IMG/VR virus record: IMGVR_UViG_3300046370_000342 | Location: 1 to 32,712 of that record | Source of the DNA: a virus | Taxonomy: Duplodnaviria > Caudoviricetes | DNA length: 32,712 nt | Strand: one strand, 5' to 3' | Part shown: one piece after another, positions 9,501-19,100 of the stretch | Layout of the letters: each line of letters opens with the position of its first letter | Numbering within the stretch: position 1 is the stretch's first letter | Position numbers and translations under genes: made by a program | The notes under the pieces: model-generated | Told to the model about the DNA's origin: nothing | The model's database searches: none | Seen by the model: only the letters and a program-made list of their open reading frames with translations

Positions 9501-10813
9501 TTGTGCTGATCGTTCAAATTATCAAGATAATATTGCATTTCGTTTTCATCTTGCTGCATTGTTTGAAACCTGTCGTAAAGCTGATCTTTTAATTCTTGCT
9601 TTTTATTTTTTATATCGTCAACTCTTTTTTGAAAAACATCTTTATTATCCGCCGGTGCATTTTCTAGATCAGACTCAGCTTCTTCTAAAGCTTGACTAAG
9701 TTCTACTTGTTGTTTTTTATAGCTCTTAGGCGCTAAATATTCGTAAAACTTTTCATTGTCTTTTCTATTTTTTAACGTAGACACTGTACCTGTTCCACCG
9801 CCTAAAGCAAAGCCAATCATACCAGCGTGTAACGCTTTTCTAAAATACTGCGAAGCACTTGTTTCGTCACCATATATTAACTCATCTCCAGCACTTTGTA
9901 TTACAGAAGTTATAGATTCTTGCATAAACTCAGAGCCACCACCTTTGAATATAGATCTTACAACGCCTCCAACACCGCCAACCATAGCGTCTTCAACTTC
10001 TTTAGGTATTTTAGCGCCAGTTCTCGGCACAACGCCTTTAACCATTTTTCTTAAAAATCTACCTCCAAAATATTCTCCAACCATATCAGCTCCGCCAAAC
10101 ACAACGGCGTTACCCATTATTTGGCTTATAGTTTCATCAGGTCTTTCTACTAAGTCTGTATTTAATTTGTCTATAAAAGAAGTTCCACCTAGCAGTGCGT
10201 ACCCGCCTGGAGCCATGCTCACTATCAAAGATGGCGCAGCTCCTGCCGTCTCCATAACAAAGCTCGTAGCAGCGTCGCCGTATCGTCCTTGCTCTGCAAG
10301 TTCTGTATAGTCTAATCTTTTACCTTCTTCATCTTCAAACTTAATAACGCTTTTATCTAAAAAATTTGAAACGCCAGATAAATCTACAATATTGTAAGGA
10401 TCGTCAATTTGCTCTTCAAACTCGTCATAAGTCATGCCTGCCATAGCAGCGGCTCTTCTTTTAGCAAAATATAGATGTGATGTGACAGGGTTTTGCATTT
10501 GAACCGCTGCTTCTGCTAAATCAAACGCTGAGTCGGTAATGTCTACTACTCCTTTTGCAAAGCTAGATAGTATACTTAGACTAGGGCCAAAAACATCATT
10601 AGCTACGTTTTTAAATGTAAAATCAAACTTTTCGCTTTTAGCTACGTTTTCAGGTTCTTGCTGCGGGTCAAGATCCATATTATTTGTAGACGTAGGTTGT
10701 ATTAAACCTTGCTGCGCAAGCTTAGCAAAAGCATCGTCGTAAGAAATGTTTAAGCTATCAGCTATAGACTGTATGTCTTCTACCGATAAAATATCACCGT
10801 CAAGTTCAAACAT
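3569..10813 (-). CDS. Giant polyvalent putative ejection/cargo protein (zincin, sigma-R2-like, PD-(D/E)xK-like, HAD phosphatase, Cys3His finger)
   Basis: 2414 aa and the last of three genes after the tail module. Gly/Ala hydrophobic N-terminal stretches; GHELLH (9095-9109); NFNPEQNDDFFGYL (~8310-8350); PD..ETK (6905-6964); DFDET/LTAR/K/FVDD (5770-6190); C-x9-C-x10-C-x2-H at the C-terminus. Confidence 0.8.
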   Translation of the reverse strand: MFELDGDILSVEDIQSIADSLNISYDDAFAKLAQQGLIQPTSTNNMDLDPQQEPENVAKSEKFDFTFKNVANDVFGPSLSILSSFAKGVVDITDSAFDLAEAAVQMQNPVTSHLYFAKRRAAAMAGMTYDEFEEQIDDPYNIVDLSGVSNFLDKSVIKFEDEEGKRLDYTELAEQGRYGDAATSFVMETAGAAPSLIVSMAPGGYALLGGTSFIDKLNTDLVERPDETISQIMGNAVVFGGADMVGEYFGGRFLRKMVKGVVPRTGAKIPKEVEDAMVGGVGGVVRSIFKGGGSEFMQESITSVIQSAGDELIYGDETSASQYFRKALHAGMIGFALGGGTGTVSTLKNRKDNEKFYEYLAPKSYKKQQVELSQALEEAESDLENAPADNKDVFQKRVDDIKNKKQELKDQLYDRFQTMQQDENEMQYYLDNLNDQHKQLDIITGGRKFSDSAKNQAKKDFTESAKNNEDLFAVTDLNYDKDVELELSKYFKLASDIDNRNKNLWFKAKDLSYEYIDTQEKFDELKKQYGKDIANEADGFFETTVDGKKKIFINRDVAAMAEATNVIGHELLHYAISNRFANDPQALRASVVEFTKYLDQVDPFIKKSIEKRLANPKNRYAKLDANGKVQRDQDGLIVMNKESYIEEYFNMFSDLIDKKKIKAVEEASDGIKNSFRSMVRGLGGFSKVDFNSGQEVFNLLIDYNKNINREGLLGRVTQKKIIETVSGKKVQAGEAGVSKSMTAEQKATAESEIKRLGREGLVGDNLREKGIGKVLFDASFEDIYSRIKSEGYLDNLIASKFKGDVVPRDFVDKVYSELTSHAKNFNPEQNDDFFGYLNSQIANKAGNVYNREYKVDQTAAGRARDIGETTQEGEIKVQVEADTDAALEALETEDLSVAGRARAQAKEGAKQSKFRRAIGFETDGKNYNNILDATKKSLALAYRKTQDIKDPAKRARAIKKILREEYFTKGLTSDVFKPLKNFLGTKDYIKNLKQHREAIVEAISTADFVQIERKVPDNERIFTTFVRKLTSKKEVEDAVNRDLLPLDALNKIDKGQAVNLYKKRMPTEAEFIEFADQPAINPVTGARSGLKGTRKDGFAKAMGNTLVLDAVMEARQSDDVIGLIDQDVQTGLDIQELSAAIGRDVDIKFSKTFNKDVKDFMAAIKKHGVDEILTPTGRIRRKNGKPVFGLNTPKYITDFYADLADDRPGQFEFFVHEFDTKGFKRVQDRLPKGATKGDVYEALMQELSHQTFAKELGLKVYSKDQVVKAWPKIFESKINKNDIPDIIIWDGKKNGVLFTIETKVGPARAGSYAWNDVSFNKVDANGNWIKEWPMAELLSDEQLKQLSEPLIEPIKKLTSVLNINNAQDVVSIPDHLSVGRNGKGENKNLKFAVRSTTSVDASFLREYYNSGRVKLISTNAIQIQGVGIFHLGNDVHNLEALGINQLEGTFDLTVRIMPRSVKKRINKKDVTVGYRYGLRAELQLRKSKITSKAALDLGRAADAERIAQHVVNQTSARERSVEKAILASRSINSKTESRGMSTFDFDETLIIDGKNFITATKGDDVVKISSGDWPLVGSKYAEQGYEFDFSDFVNVRGGVDGPLLQKMKNQIKKYGPDNVYVLTARPAESATAIHEWLKSKDINIPLSNITGLGNSTGEAKALWMLDKFAEGYNDMYFVDDALPNVEAVKNVLDQLDVKGKSVQARIQFSRTMSDDFNKMLERTKGVPFDEAFSRAKALRLGKNKGKFQIFVPPSADDFEGLLYYFVGKSEQGNKDLEFFKQAVIDPFSRAYTELDQSRQTIINDWDRLRKNHKEVTKKLGKMMPGSEFTFDNAIRVYLYNKAGHSVPGLSEQEVDNMVERVKTDKALLAFAENLQVILKLDEVYVKPNEYWVAGSTASDVQEVSEKIRRAEFLGEWVENKNEIFSEENLNKVEAIYGSRFRSALEDVLYRMETGRTRSEGSKDAISSRWMRWLNNSVGAIMFINVKSSLLQTISMINYVNYVDNNPYQAAKAFANQKQYWADFTMIFNSDFLKQRRKGLKTDVQTAEIASAVANATNKAQAAVAYLLKKGFLPTQMADSFAIAAGGATFYRNRVKTYLNEGLSKKEAEEKAFNDFRNTTEESQQSARPDRLSQQQVSNAGRLLLNFQNYPMQQARLFKKAILGLARGTGSRKEHLSRIVFYGFAQNMIFLSLQNALFAMLFDIDDEEEKQELFDTKMERILNGMVDTMLRGSGITGGVIATAKNTMLTAIKELDKKGTGKFGNVVLEALNLSPAIGSKLRKIAKGYKNYDWNRDAINEISKLDIDNPIWTTAAPVIEGVTNAPTDRTIRLINQVREGFNPDNSVAQRMSILLGFSPYEIGVKPIGSKKVKEAKKESRQKGTSLTGKNRCAAFTSSGGRCKNQVKKGKRYCYAHD

Positions 10814-10814
10814 A

Positions 10815-12248
10815 TTATTGTTGTGATTCTAGTTGTTTAATTTGATTTTGAAGCTCTTCTATTTGCCTCGTTTTTTGCTCAAATATTTTTTGATTTTTCT
10901 TTCTTGTTGGGCTCCACACCGCTCCTGCCGCTTTAACTTCAGCTTCATCAGCTTCTGCTTGTAGTATTTTAAGCTGAGCTTTTAGCTTAGTTAACTCATT
11001 ATCTTTCACTTCACCTTCGCCTTGAGTTTTAGTAAAATCAACACCAAACTCTTCAGCGTAGCCAGATATACCTAGTAAAACAGCCATTTGCTCTTTCGTC
11101 AAGCCTTTGCCTCTATTACCGCCTTGAGTATCTTTTTGATAAAATAATCCATCTTTTTCGTCTCTTTCATAGATTACACCTTTAGATCTTTGTACAAAGC
11201 CAGTTTCTATAGAGTTAAACAAACCTTGAACAAACTGATAGTTTCCAGCGCCAAGCGCAGTGTTATAAGATTTATTTGGATTAAAGCCACCGTCAACCCC
11301 ACCTTGTGTTTTGTTTTCTGTGTGTCTATCTTTACCAACTTCCATCATGTCTTCTATAAAAAGCTTTTTAAACTTTTCTGGATTTTCGTCGTATTCTACT
11401 CGCAAAACCTCTATAGCTCTTTGCATGGCGTCGTCGTCGTTTATGTCTATTTTTTCATTTGCAGGTAAAGCTTCGTTGCGCTCTTTTATTTCTTCTACAG
11501 CCCAGTTAAAATCATCTATGTCGTCAAATAATACAGACTTAAAGTTTTTGTTTTGAACAATTTTATTTAAAGTTCCTCTGTACGTCTTAGACATATCATT
11601 GTCCCAATCTCTTTTATCTGCGCGTTGAGCAATAAGCTCTAGAGATTTACTTAGCGTATCAATACCTTCATTCCAAACCTGCATAGGAGGTTTAAACTTA
11701 CTTAATCTTTCTTCTTCGCCTAAATGATTCATAACATAGACGCCATCGTCTTTATATATAAGATCTTCTACAGACCTACTTGAAGCAATGTATGTTTGAT
11801 CAATTTGATCCCCTAAGTTATTGGCTTTAGAGCTGTTGGTAGGTGTTTTTAAATACTGATCAACATAGTCTATATCTTCAGTGTATCTTTCAACACTATT
11901 CAATACATCTTGCATTTGAGACTTGGCGTCTGACTTTAGTTCTTTGTTTCCAAACACTCTAGTACTCATTCTACTAGCTTGATCATATTGATCTTTTAAA
12001 TCTCTAAGTCTACCTTCAAATTGGTCTCTACTGATTTTATTGTCTTTCATTTCGTTTAAAAGACTTTTTTCAGCCACTTTAAACTCAGCTTCATTTTCAG
12101 CTCTTTTTTCTTCTACAGCCGCGGCTATATTAGAAACAGCGTTCTCTGCAGACTTAGCTATTTGTCCGATCCATGCTTTGCTTTCAGGCATGTACATTGA
12201 TCTGTACATACGTCTAGCTGATTGTAATAATGATTCGTTTACTGCCAT
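10815..12248 (-). CDS. Putative ejection/cargo protein 2 (helical, coiled-coil)
   Basis: 477 aa, charged and helical. Its position between the small pilot-like protein and the giant cargo protein matches podophage ejection gene trios. Confidence 0.55.
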   Translation of the reverse strand: MAVNESLLQSARRMYRSMYMPESKAWIGQIAKSAENAVSNIAAAVEEKRAENEAEFKVAEKSLLNEMKDNKISRDQFEGRLRDLKDQYDQASRMSTRVFGNKELKSDAKSQMQDVLNSVERYTEDIDYVDQYLKTPTNSSKANNLGDQIDQTYIASSRSVEDLIYKDDGVYVMNHLGEEERLSKFKPPMQVWNEGIDTLSKSLELIAQRADKRDWDNDMSKTYRGTLNKIVQNKNFKSVLFDDIDDFNWAVEEIKERNEALPANEKIDINDDDAMQRAIEVLRVEYDENPEKFKKLFIEDMMEVGKDRHTENKTQGGVDGGFNPNKSYNTALGAGNYQFVQGLFNSIETGFVQRSKGVIYERDEKDGLFYQKDTQGGNRGKGLTKEQMAVLLGISGYAEEFGVDFTKTQGEGEVKDNELTKLKAQLKILQAEADEAEVKAAGAVWSPTRKKNQKIFEQKTRQIEELQNQIKQLESQQ

Positions 12249-12251
12249 TTT

Positions 12252-12809
12252 TTATATTTTTCCCGCCAATACGTTTGAACTGCCGCTAATTAAAGAAGAA
12301 ACAATGTCGCCAAACAACGCTTTGTTTTGACCTCTTCTAGCAAGCTCACCTTCTCTTATAGCTGCTTCTCTTTCCATTGACATGCCAAGCATAGTTTCCA
12401 TTCTACCTAAATCAAATTGTTGTTGAGTCTCTTCTATTCTCATTTGAGCTTGAGCTTCCATCATTTTTAGTTGATTCTCTTGCTGCGCCATTTGACCAGC
12501 AACTTCAGACTGAGCTTTAGCAGCCTGTCTAGCTAAGCCTTGACCAAGTGATGCAATACCAGCACCACCTGCCGCGCCTTGAAGCCCAGCTAATATATCG
12601 GCTTGCTGTTGAGCTAAACCTTGCTGTTGAAGCTCCATAGCTTCCGTTCTGAGAGACATTTGAGAGTATGGATTTTGAACAGCTTTCAACTCATAGTCTT
12701 CATATTGCTGCATCAAACCTTTTCTATCACTTTCAGCTTGCTTGACGTTTCTTAAATATTCTTTTCTAGCTTTGCTTCTAAAGAATTTATTTGGACTTGA
12801 ATTTGTCAT
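12252..12809 (-). CDS. Putative ejection/pilot protein 1
   Basis: 185 aa, Gln/Ala-rich, with the amphipathic Gly-rich stretch LAGLQGAAGGAGIASLGQGLA typical of DNA-transfer proteins. Confidence 0.6.
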   Translation of the reverse strand: MTNSSPNKFFRSKARKEYLRNVKQAESDRKGLMQQYEDYELKAVQNPYSQMSLRTEAMELQQQGLAQQQADILAGLQGAAGGAGIASLGQGLARQAAKAQSEVAGQMAQQENQLKMMEAQAQMRIEETQQQFDLGRMETMLGMSMEREAAIREGELARRGQNKALFGDIVSSLISGSSNVLAGKI

Positions 12810-12829
12810 ATTTTTAATTCAATTGTATG

Positions 12830-12841
12830 TTTATAATTACA
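12830..12841 (-). promoter_or_regulatory. Intergenic motif TGTAATTATAAA, copy 2 (candidate phage promoter)
   Basis: Identical to 3554-3565; lies 20 nt upstream of the ATG at 12809. Confidence 0.5.
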
Positions 12842-12842
12842 C

Positions 12843-13196
12843 TTATTTGCTACTTTCTACTGCCTCTAGGGTTATTCTAAATAGCTCTGCCTCTTCTGTA
12901 GAGTCGTTCTTAAACTTAACTTCAGCATAATAGCCAGATATAGAACTCATCTCTTGAGCATTGTTTTTGCTAAACAAAATAAAATCATTAGTAGTAGGTA
13001 CTGTAACGTTATTGGCACAATCAATTGTAATAGTCTTGCCGCTAATAGCAGTTATAGCGCCCATTTTTATAACGTCGCTTATTGCGGAGTTATTTTCAAA
13101 ACCACCTAACGCAGCTGGCGTTGTGTAATAAGCTATGTCGTTAACGCTTACTAAGGTGTTTAAATCTTCATTAAAAGTTATTGTTACATCTGGCAT
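12843..13196 (-). CDS. Small tail protein; possibly the separately encoded C-terminal segment of the muzzle/stabilisation protein
   Basis: 117 aa, TAATG-coupled to the 2361-aa gene; beta-rich; ends SGYYAEVKFKNDSTEEAELF...ESSK. Confidence 0.6.
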   Translation of the reverse strand: MPDVTITFNEDLNTLVSVNDIAYYTTPAALGGFENNSAISDVIKMGAITAISGKTITIDCANNVTVPTTNDFILFSKNNAQEMSSISGYYAEVKFKNDSTEEAELFRITLEAVESSK

Positions 13197-16100
13197 TAGC
13201 TTGCTGGTTGTTTAATTGTTATTGTATCGTTTGGAGTAGAAGTAGAGTTAGTCGAGTGGAATACACCTATTAAAACACTTCTTTCAGACCCTGTTGAGTT
13301 AGCGCTAATGTCAAACTCTATCTTACCGTTACCATCTATTTGGCTCACGGCTGCGACCCAATCAAAATTTGCATGAGGAATCCAGCTAACACCCGGCGAC
13401 TGCGTGAGGTCTATATCGTATGCTTCAGTAGATGAGTTGTAAGCTAAAAACTTAGGATCAGCAGCTGATTCGTCACCTGCAGTATAGTCATTATGGCTAA
13501 CGTTTATAACAAAATTTGTCTGCGCAGACGAACTAACTGTAATAATACCTTGTATAGCTTGCGCTGGCTCAAAGTTAATGTAAGGCTGAGCAGCTTGCGA
13601 AACTGTTATAGTATCGTCTGCAGTAAGTACAGAAGACGTGTTTGCTGGCGTAAAATTATACGGGTGGTACAAGTTTAAAGAAACACTATTACTTTCAAAG
13701 CTACCGTTAGGCCCTGCAGTGTAATCTATACTAAAACTACCACTACCTAAATCAACAACATTACCTAAAGATATAAATGAGCTTGTAGAGATAGGCTCAA
13801 CAACAGGTAAGTAATTATTTGTGCTAGCAGCCGTTATATTAATAGTACCTGAGCCACCTTCTTTTGGTATAGACACGCTACTTACGTCAAACGTAGCCGT
13901 ATGAGTGCTTGAGTCGTAGCCCTGCTGACTTATAGTTATACTTTGATTTGTACTTGCGTCTGAGTGCATTAATCTTAGTGTATCTGTTCTTGTTGCTCCT
14001 GTAGTATTTATCTTGGCAGAAACTCTTGCTATGTAAACGTTAGGAGTGCTGGTAGTATAGACAGCAAATATATTTAGCCAAGTTGAAATTGGATTTTCAT
14101 GGAACCCAGGATTTGCCGCCACAGCAGGCGCTGATCCATTAGTATACAAATACACGCTAAACTTAAAGTAATACAAACCGTTTTCTTCAAATAGCGAAGC
14201 GTTGTCTCCTCCGTTTGGAAGCAACGTAAATGTTGAGTTTCCGTCTCCGTCTGTTACATTGACATAATTACCACTTTCTCTTCTAACAACTATAGAGTCG
14301 TTAGGCGTTGTGCTAGGGTTCCAGTCTATAAACAAGTTTACAGTATGCGTTGTGTTTCCTGAGCCACTACCAAAGTCAAATACAACTTCTTTAGACTCTT
14401 GGTTTACTGTTAAGTTTGAAATATCTGAGCTGGCAGTTTCTGCAAAAAACTGTCTATAACCTACGTTAGTATTAAATGGTATTGACACTTCTTGAGCAGA
14501 ATTATCTACTATAAGCTCGTTACCGTTAAACACCGCAAAACCACTTATTGGAACACCACCGCTAATGTATACTGCGTATTGATCTACAAGACTTATATTA
14601 GCCTGAGGATTGTATTCTACTATAAAGCTTTTACTTGTTATTAAATCGTTAGAGTTTCTAACAACAGTCTCGCTAACGATGTTAAAAGCATTTGCATTAG
14701 ACGCGTTTTGAGAAAACGTCATGTTAGGGCCAGTGCTAAAGTAGTGCAACCCCGTCGTGCCTTGATAGTCTTGCCTAGCAGTCATAGTAACTTTAAATAA
14801 TGATATAGGCACGTTTTCAGCTGTTGATCCACTAATAGAAAACTCCGCGTAGTTAGATTCATCTGCAGTCTGCAATATTTCAGCGTTACTATTTACTATA
14901 GGCGTAGAATCTACGGTTGCTCCTGGAACGTAGTCTGTTATTGTAATATTCTCTTTCGTTCTGTCTCTATTTACAAAAAGCTCTAAAAAATAAGTAAACT
15001 CGTTGTCGTTATAACCACCTGCTTCTGTAACGTCGATGTTTACATCTGAAGTTAACGTTATGTTTTTCCAATTTATTGTAGCTAGCACTGTGTTCAACGG
15101 CGTATTAGCTGTGCCAGTGTTCGTAAATGCAATAGAATTAACGTATGTATTAGCTGAAACATTAGTAAAGTTTTCCGCTGATATAGAATTACCAGGTAAA
15201 GGCGATATAATAAAAGTGTTTGTACTACCGTTAGTTTTAGAGCTTACGTTATACTCTACATAACCGTCACTTTCCCAACCTTCTCCAGATTCAGTCATAG
15301 CAACAGTTAGCTTGTGGCCAAAGCCAGTGGTAGTTCCAGATATGCTTGTTGGAAACCCTAAGCCTTGCACAGAAAACTCTTTTAAATCTATGTTGTTGCT
15401 TGTTGATCCACCGTCTTTTTCGTTAGTGTAAGTAGAACTAACGCCAGATATATAGTTAAACCATTTTCCTTCTTTATTTACAAACTCTGAAACTTCACCT
15501 TCTTGCAAATCTGTTTGTATATTTTCAACGCTCCAACCGTTTTTAGCAACAAGATTATAGTATTGACCGTCAGTGTAATCTACTCCTCCAGAGTTAACAG
15601 TGGTAAATTGATTTACTTTTGATTGACTACCTTCGTAATTAATAGCTGAAAAGCTTTTAACAACTTCTGGAGATTCGTTTATTATAGGTGTAACAGTAGA
15701 ATTGTACTGAACCGCGTAAAATATATTTCTATTTACAGTGTCATTATTGTGCGACCATATCTTACCGTTTTTAAACGTATAATAAGTGTTATTTAAACTA
15801 ACGCCTTGTTCTTTTATAAAAGATTTAAAGCTTGTCCACCCATTGACAGACTCATCAAAACTTAATGTGTATACATTTTTCTTGTAGTTAGGCGAAGTTA
15901 CTTCATGCAGTGTAATATTGTATTCGCCTTTATCTTGATCAAAGCTACCTATTATAGCTTGACTCTTTTTTAAATGATCATCAAACCAATCACCCATGCC
16001 GTAGCTTGATATTTCTGTAATTCCATCGCCAGACAACCTTAAAACAGCTGATCTGTTTTTGTCTACAAAGTATATTCTATATTCATCTACAGCAAAGCTT

Positions 16101-19100
16101 TCAGGATTTTTGCCAATACCAAAATCTCCTGAAAATCCAAAATAAGATCCAAGAGTATTAGTAGAAGATAAAAGTTGTGAGTTACCATCGGCGTTAAACA
16201 ACTCGTCTTTGTTTGCTAGTATTTTTAAAACTTTCTTTTCGCAAAAAGCTAGTAAGTCAAAGTCTCTTGTATAAAGCTTTTGTATGCTACCATACTCTGG
16301 ACTTATTTGTTTTACTATGCCTTCACTTATTAAAAACTCGTTAAACCTATTTACGCCTGAAGTTTCGTTGTATATCTGAGAAAATATTATATTGTTCTTT
16401 TTGTGCTCTTGCTTGTAGTCATCAAAAACTCTATTAATATTAAACCCACTTGCTTTGCCAATAGAAGAATATTGGAATATAGTATTGGTTAGTCCATATT
16501 CATCTTTAATAGACTCTGACTCAACCCCGTTGCCAAAAGAAACACAATTATACCAAGGCAAAGTTATACTTGAAGAAACATTAACGCCATCTGCTGAATG
16601 AGTGTAAGGAACAAAATATAAAGTCTTCGTATTTAAAGCAGTCTTAGCTAGCTTTAGAGTAACTTTTTCACCGTTTTTGTTTTCAAAGCTTAGTCCTACG
16701 CTACCTTCTTCTGGCACTCTAATGTTAACAGGTTTGTTTAAAACAATTCTAACTAAGCTTTCATTGCTTTTAGAGTTAATGCCATAAGCCCCTAAAGATT
16801 TAGCACCATAAACTTGGCGAACTTTAACGTCGTCGCTGTTAAAATTAGCTTTTATTTCAGAGACACTACCTTCTCTGTAAACCCCAGCCTCGCCAGAAAC
16901 CCAAGCATGATCAAAAATACTATCTAAGTTTACTTTTGCGCCGTAATCAATAAAAGATCTAGCTGCGTCTCCAGCTAATCTTATTGGGTAAGCATTTCCA
17001 ACTTCATAATAAATATCTAAATCTTGCCTTTCTTGAGGCTCTACCTCAAACAAACCTCCGTCTGGGTTTGGATTTTTAGGATAACTAGTACCAAACGTTG
17101 CTACAGTAAAAGCATCATTAGCAATTTTAACAAAAAACTTACCAACAGCATCTGCCGCGTTAACAATCAAAGCTGTTTCATCACTTCCTTCCCCAACCAT
17201 AGGAACACCTTTGGATATGTCCAGTACTTTCCACCTATAGTTTGGATTTGTAGCAGCAACATTTTGACCGTTAAACTTTTTAATGGCTATGAAATCTCCA
17301 ATTTTAACTTTATCTTTGTTGCTTTCGTTAAACGCAATCCATATATGAGCCGCTAGAGTAGAAGAATCGTTATTATCATACGCGCCAGACATAACCATAT
17401 TATAGAAAGGCCCTGTGTTTTCTTTTATAAAATATTTATAATGAGTGGCCCAATATGGGGCTTTATTATTTAATCTAGCTTTTATTTTATTAACATTTAC
17501 AGAATCTGATTTTGGTATTTTTAAAAGACTTCTGTCGTCCATTAAAACCGTTGATTGCCTGTTGTAAGCATCTCGATACACTACACCTAATTGATACTCT
17601 CTTTGAGACTTAATTGACAAATTACCTCCAGTTAAGGTTATTGTTGAACTTTCTTCAGGCGCTTGAGTGCACTTAAACATTCCGTTTGAAACTGTTGATG
17701 TATGCGTGTTGTTAACCCACTCAAACGTATCAAGGTTACTCTGACCACCTGTAGTCGTGTTGTAAGTGTAAGCAAATGTTGTTGTTCCAGATGGTAGTAT
17801 GCTAGAGTTATCTGTAGCATCTTGAGCAACTATTTTTATTGCTACCTTATCACCTTGAGATAGCGTTACAGTTTGATTAAGCGTGATAGTTTGGTTTGAC
17901 CAGCTAGGCGGAGTTTCTCCAGCAGTGCTTAGCCAATAAGGAAAGTCTGAAGATCCATCACCTGTAGCTCTAGGGTTATATTTACCACTACTCCAAGCAG
18001 TGTCTGTAAACTGCCCAAATCCACCGCCGCTAAAATCACCTTGAATATCTAAAAATCCTTCTGCTAAAACTGTACTTTGACTATCATAGTCTACTAACTG
18101 TAGCTTGGCCCAAGGGTATATCCATAAAAACCTTTGGAGATTAGTGCCGACGGTGTCGCATTCTAATTTATTATGAGCAACCCACAAAGCGCTAGCTTCA
18201 AAAGTATAGTCGCCATCCATTGGCGCTTCGTAATAATAGTTCGTAGTGTTGTAATTATTTCCAGCATCGCCGCCGTCAGCTTCTAAGTTAAAAGGTATTA
18301 ACGTATCGTAAGAGTTTGTTAAAGAAGTAGATTGAGAAACTTCTAAAGTGTTTATTGAGTTAGTGAGTAAGAGCGAGCTAACATCTTCAGAAACTATACT
18401 ACTAGTTATTGAAGCTTTAACAGAATTTTTAGAATCATCTATTAAATCGTAGTTTTCAGTGTAGTTTCCATACATTAATCTTGACTCTGTAATTTCTTGA
18501 GCAACAGCCTTTAAAGGCACTGCATCTTGAAGCCTATCAACTTGAGCTGTAGGTAAAGTGCTACCAAAAACTTGAGAGTTTATAATAGTCTCACCTTTAT
18601 GAAAGCTACTAATACTATCTATCCACTCATCGTCAAGCATTGTAACTTTTTTAATCGTATACGCTGGACTGTCTGCGCCTGTGTTAGTGGCTCTATATAT
18701 AAGTTCAACTTCAACAACATCTTTAGGAATATCTCTAGGAATATAATCTGATATTTTTATTCTTCTTAAGTTGTTGACCATTCCAGAGTTAAATCCTGAA
18801 ACAGGGTCGTAGCTATACTTTCCAGGTATAAATATAGGCTTAGAATATGGTGATATTACAGAGTACTCGTTATCAGCATATTTATATCTATAAGCAAAAC
18901 AAGCAAACTTATCTTCATATATTTCTTCTGATTGATATAATGTTGCAAGCCAAACTTCTGGCGCCGTTGAAGCAGTATATGTGCTAGGTATATTTTTTAT
19001 TATAAACTCATGCGTTGTAGAGTCTGTAGACTGCACGTACGCCACGTCTACCTCAGTAGATGATGTTAATCCAGTAATCTTTATTATGTCGCCACTTCGC

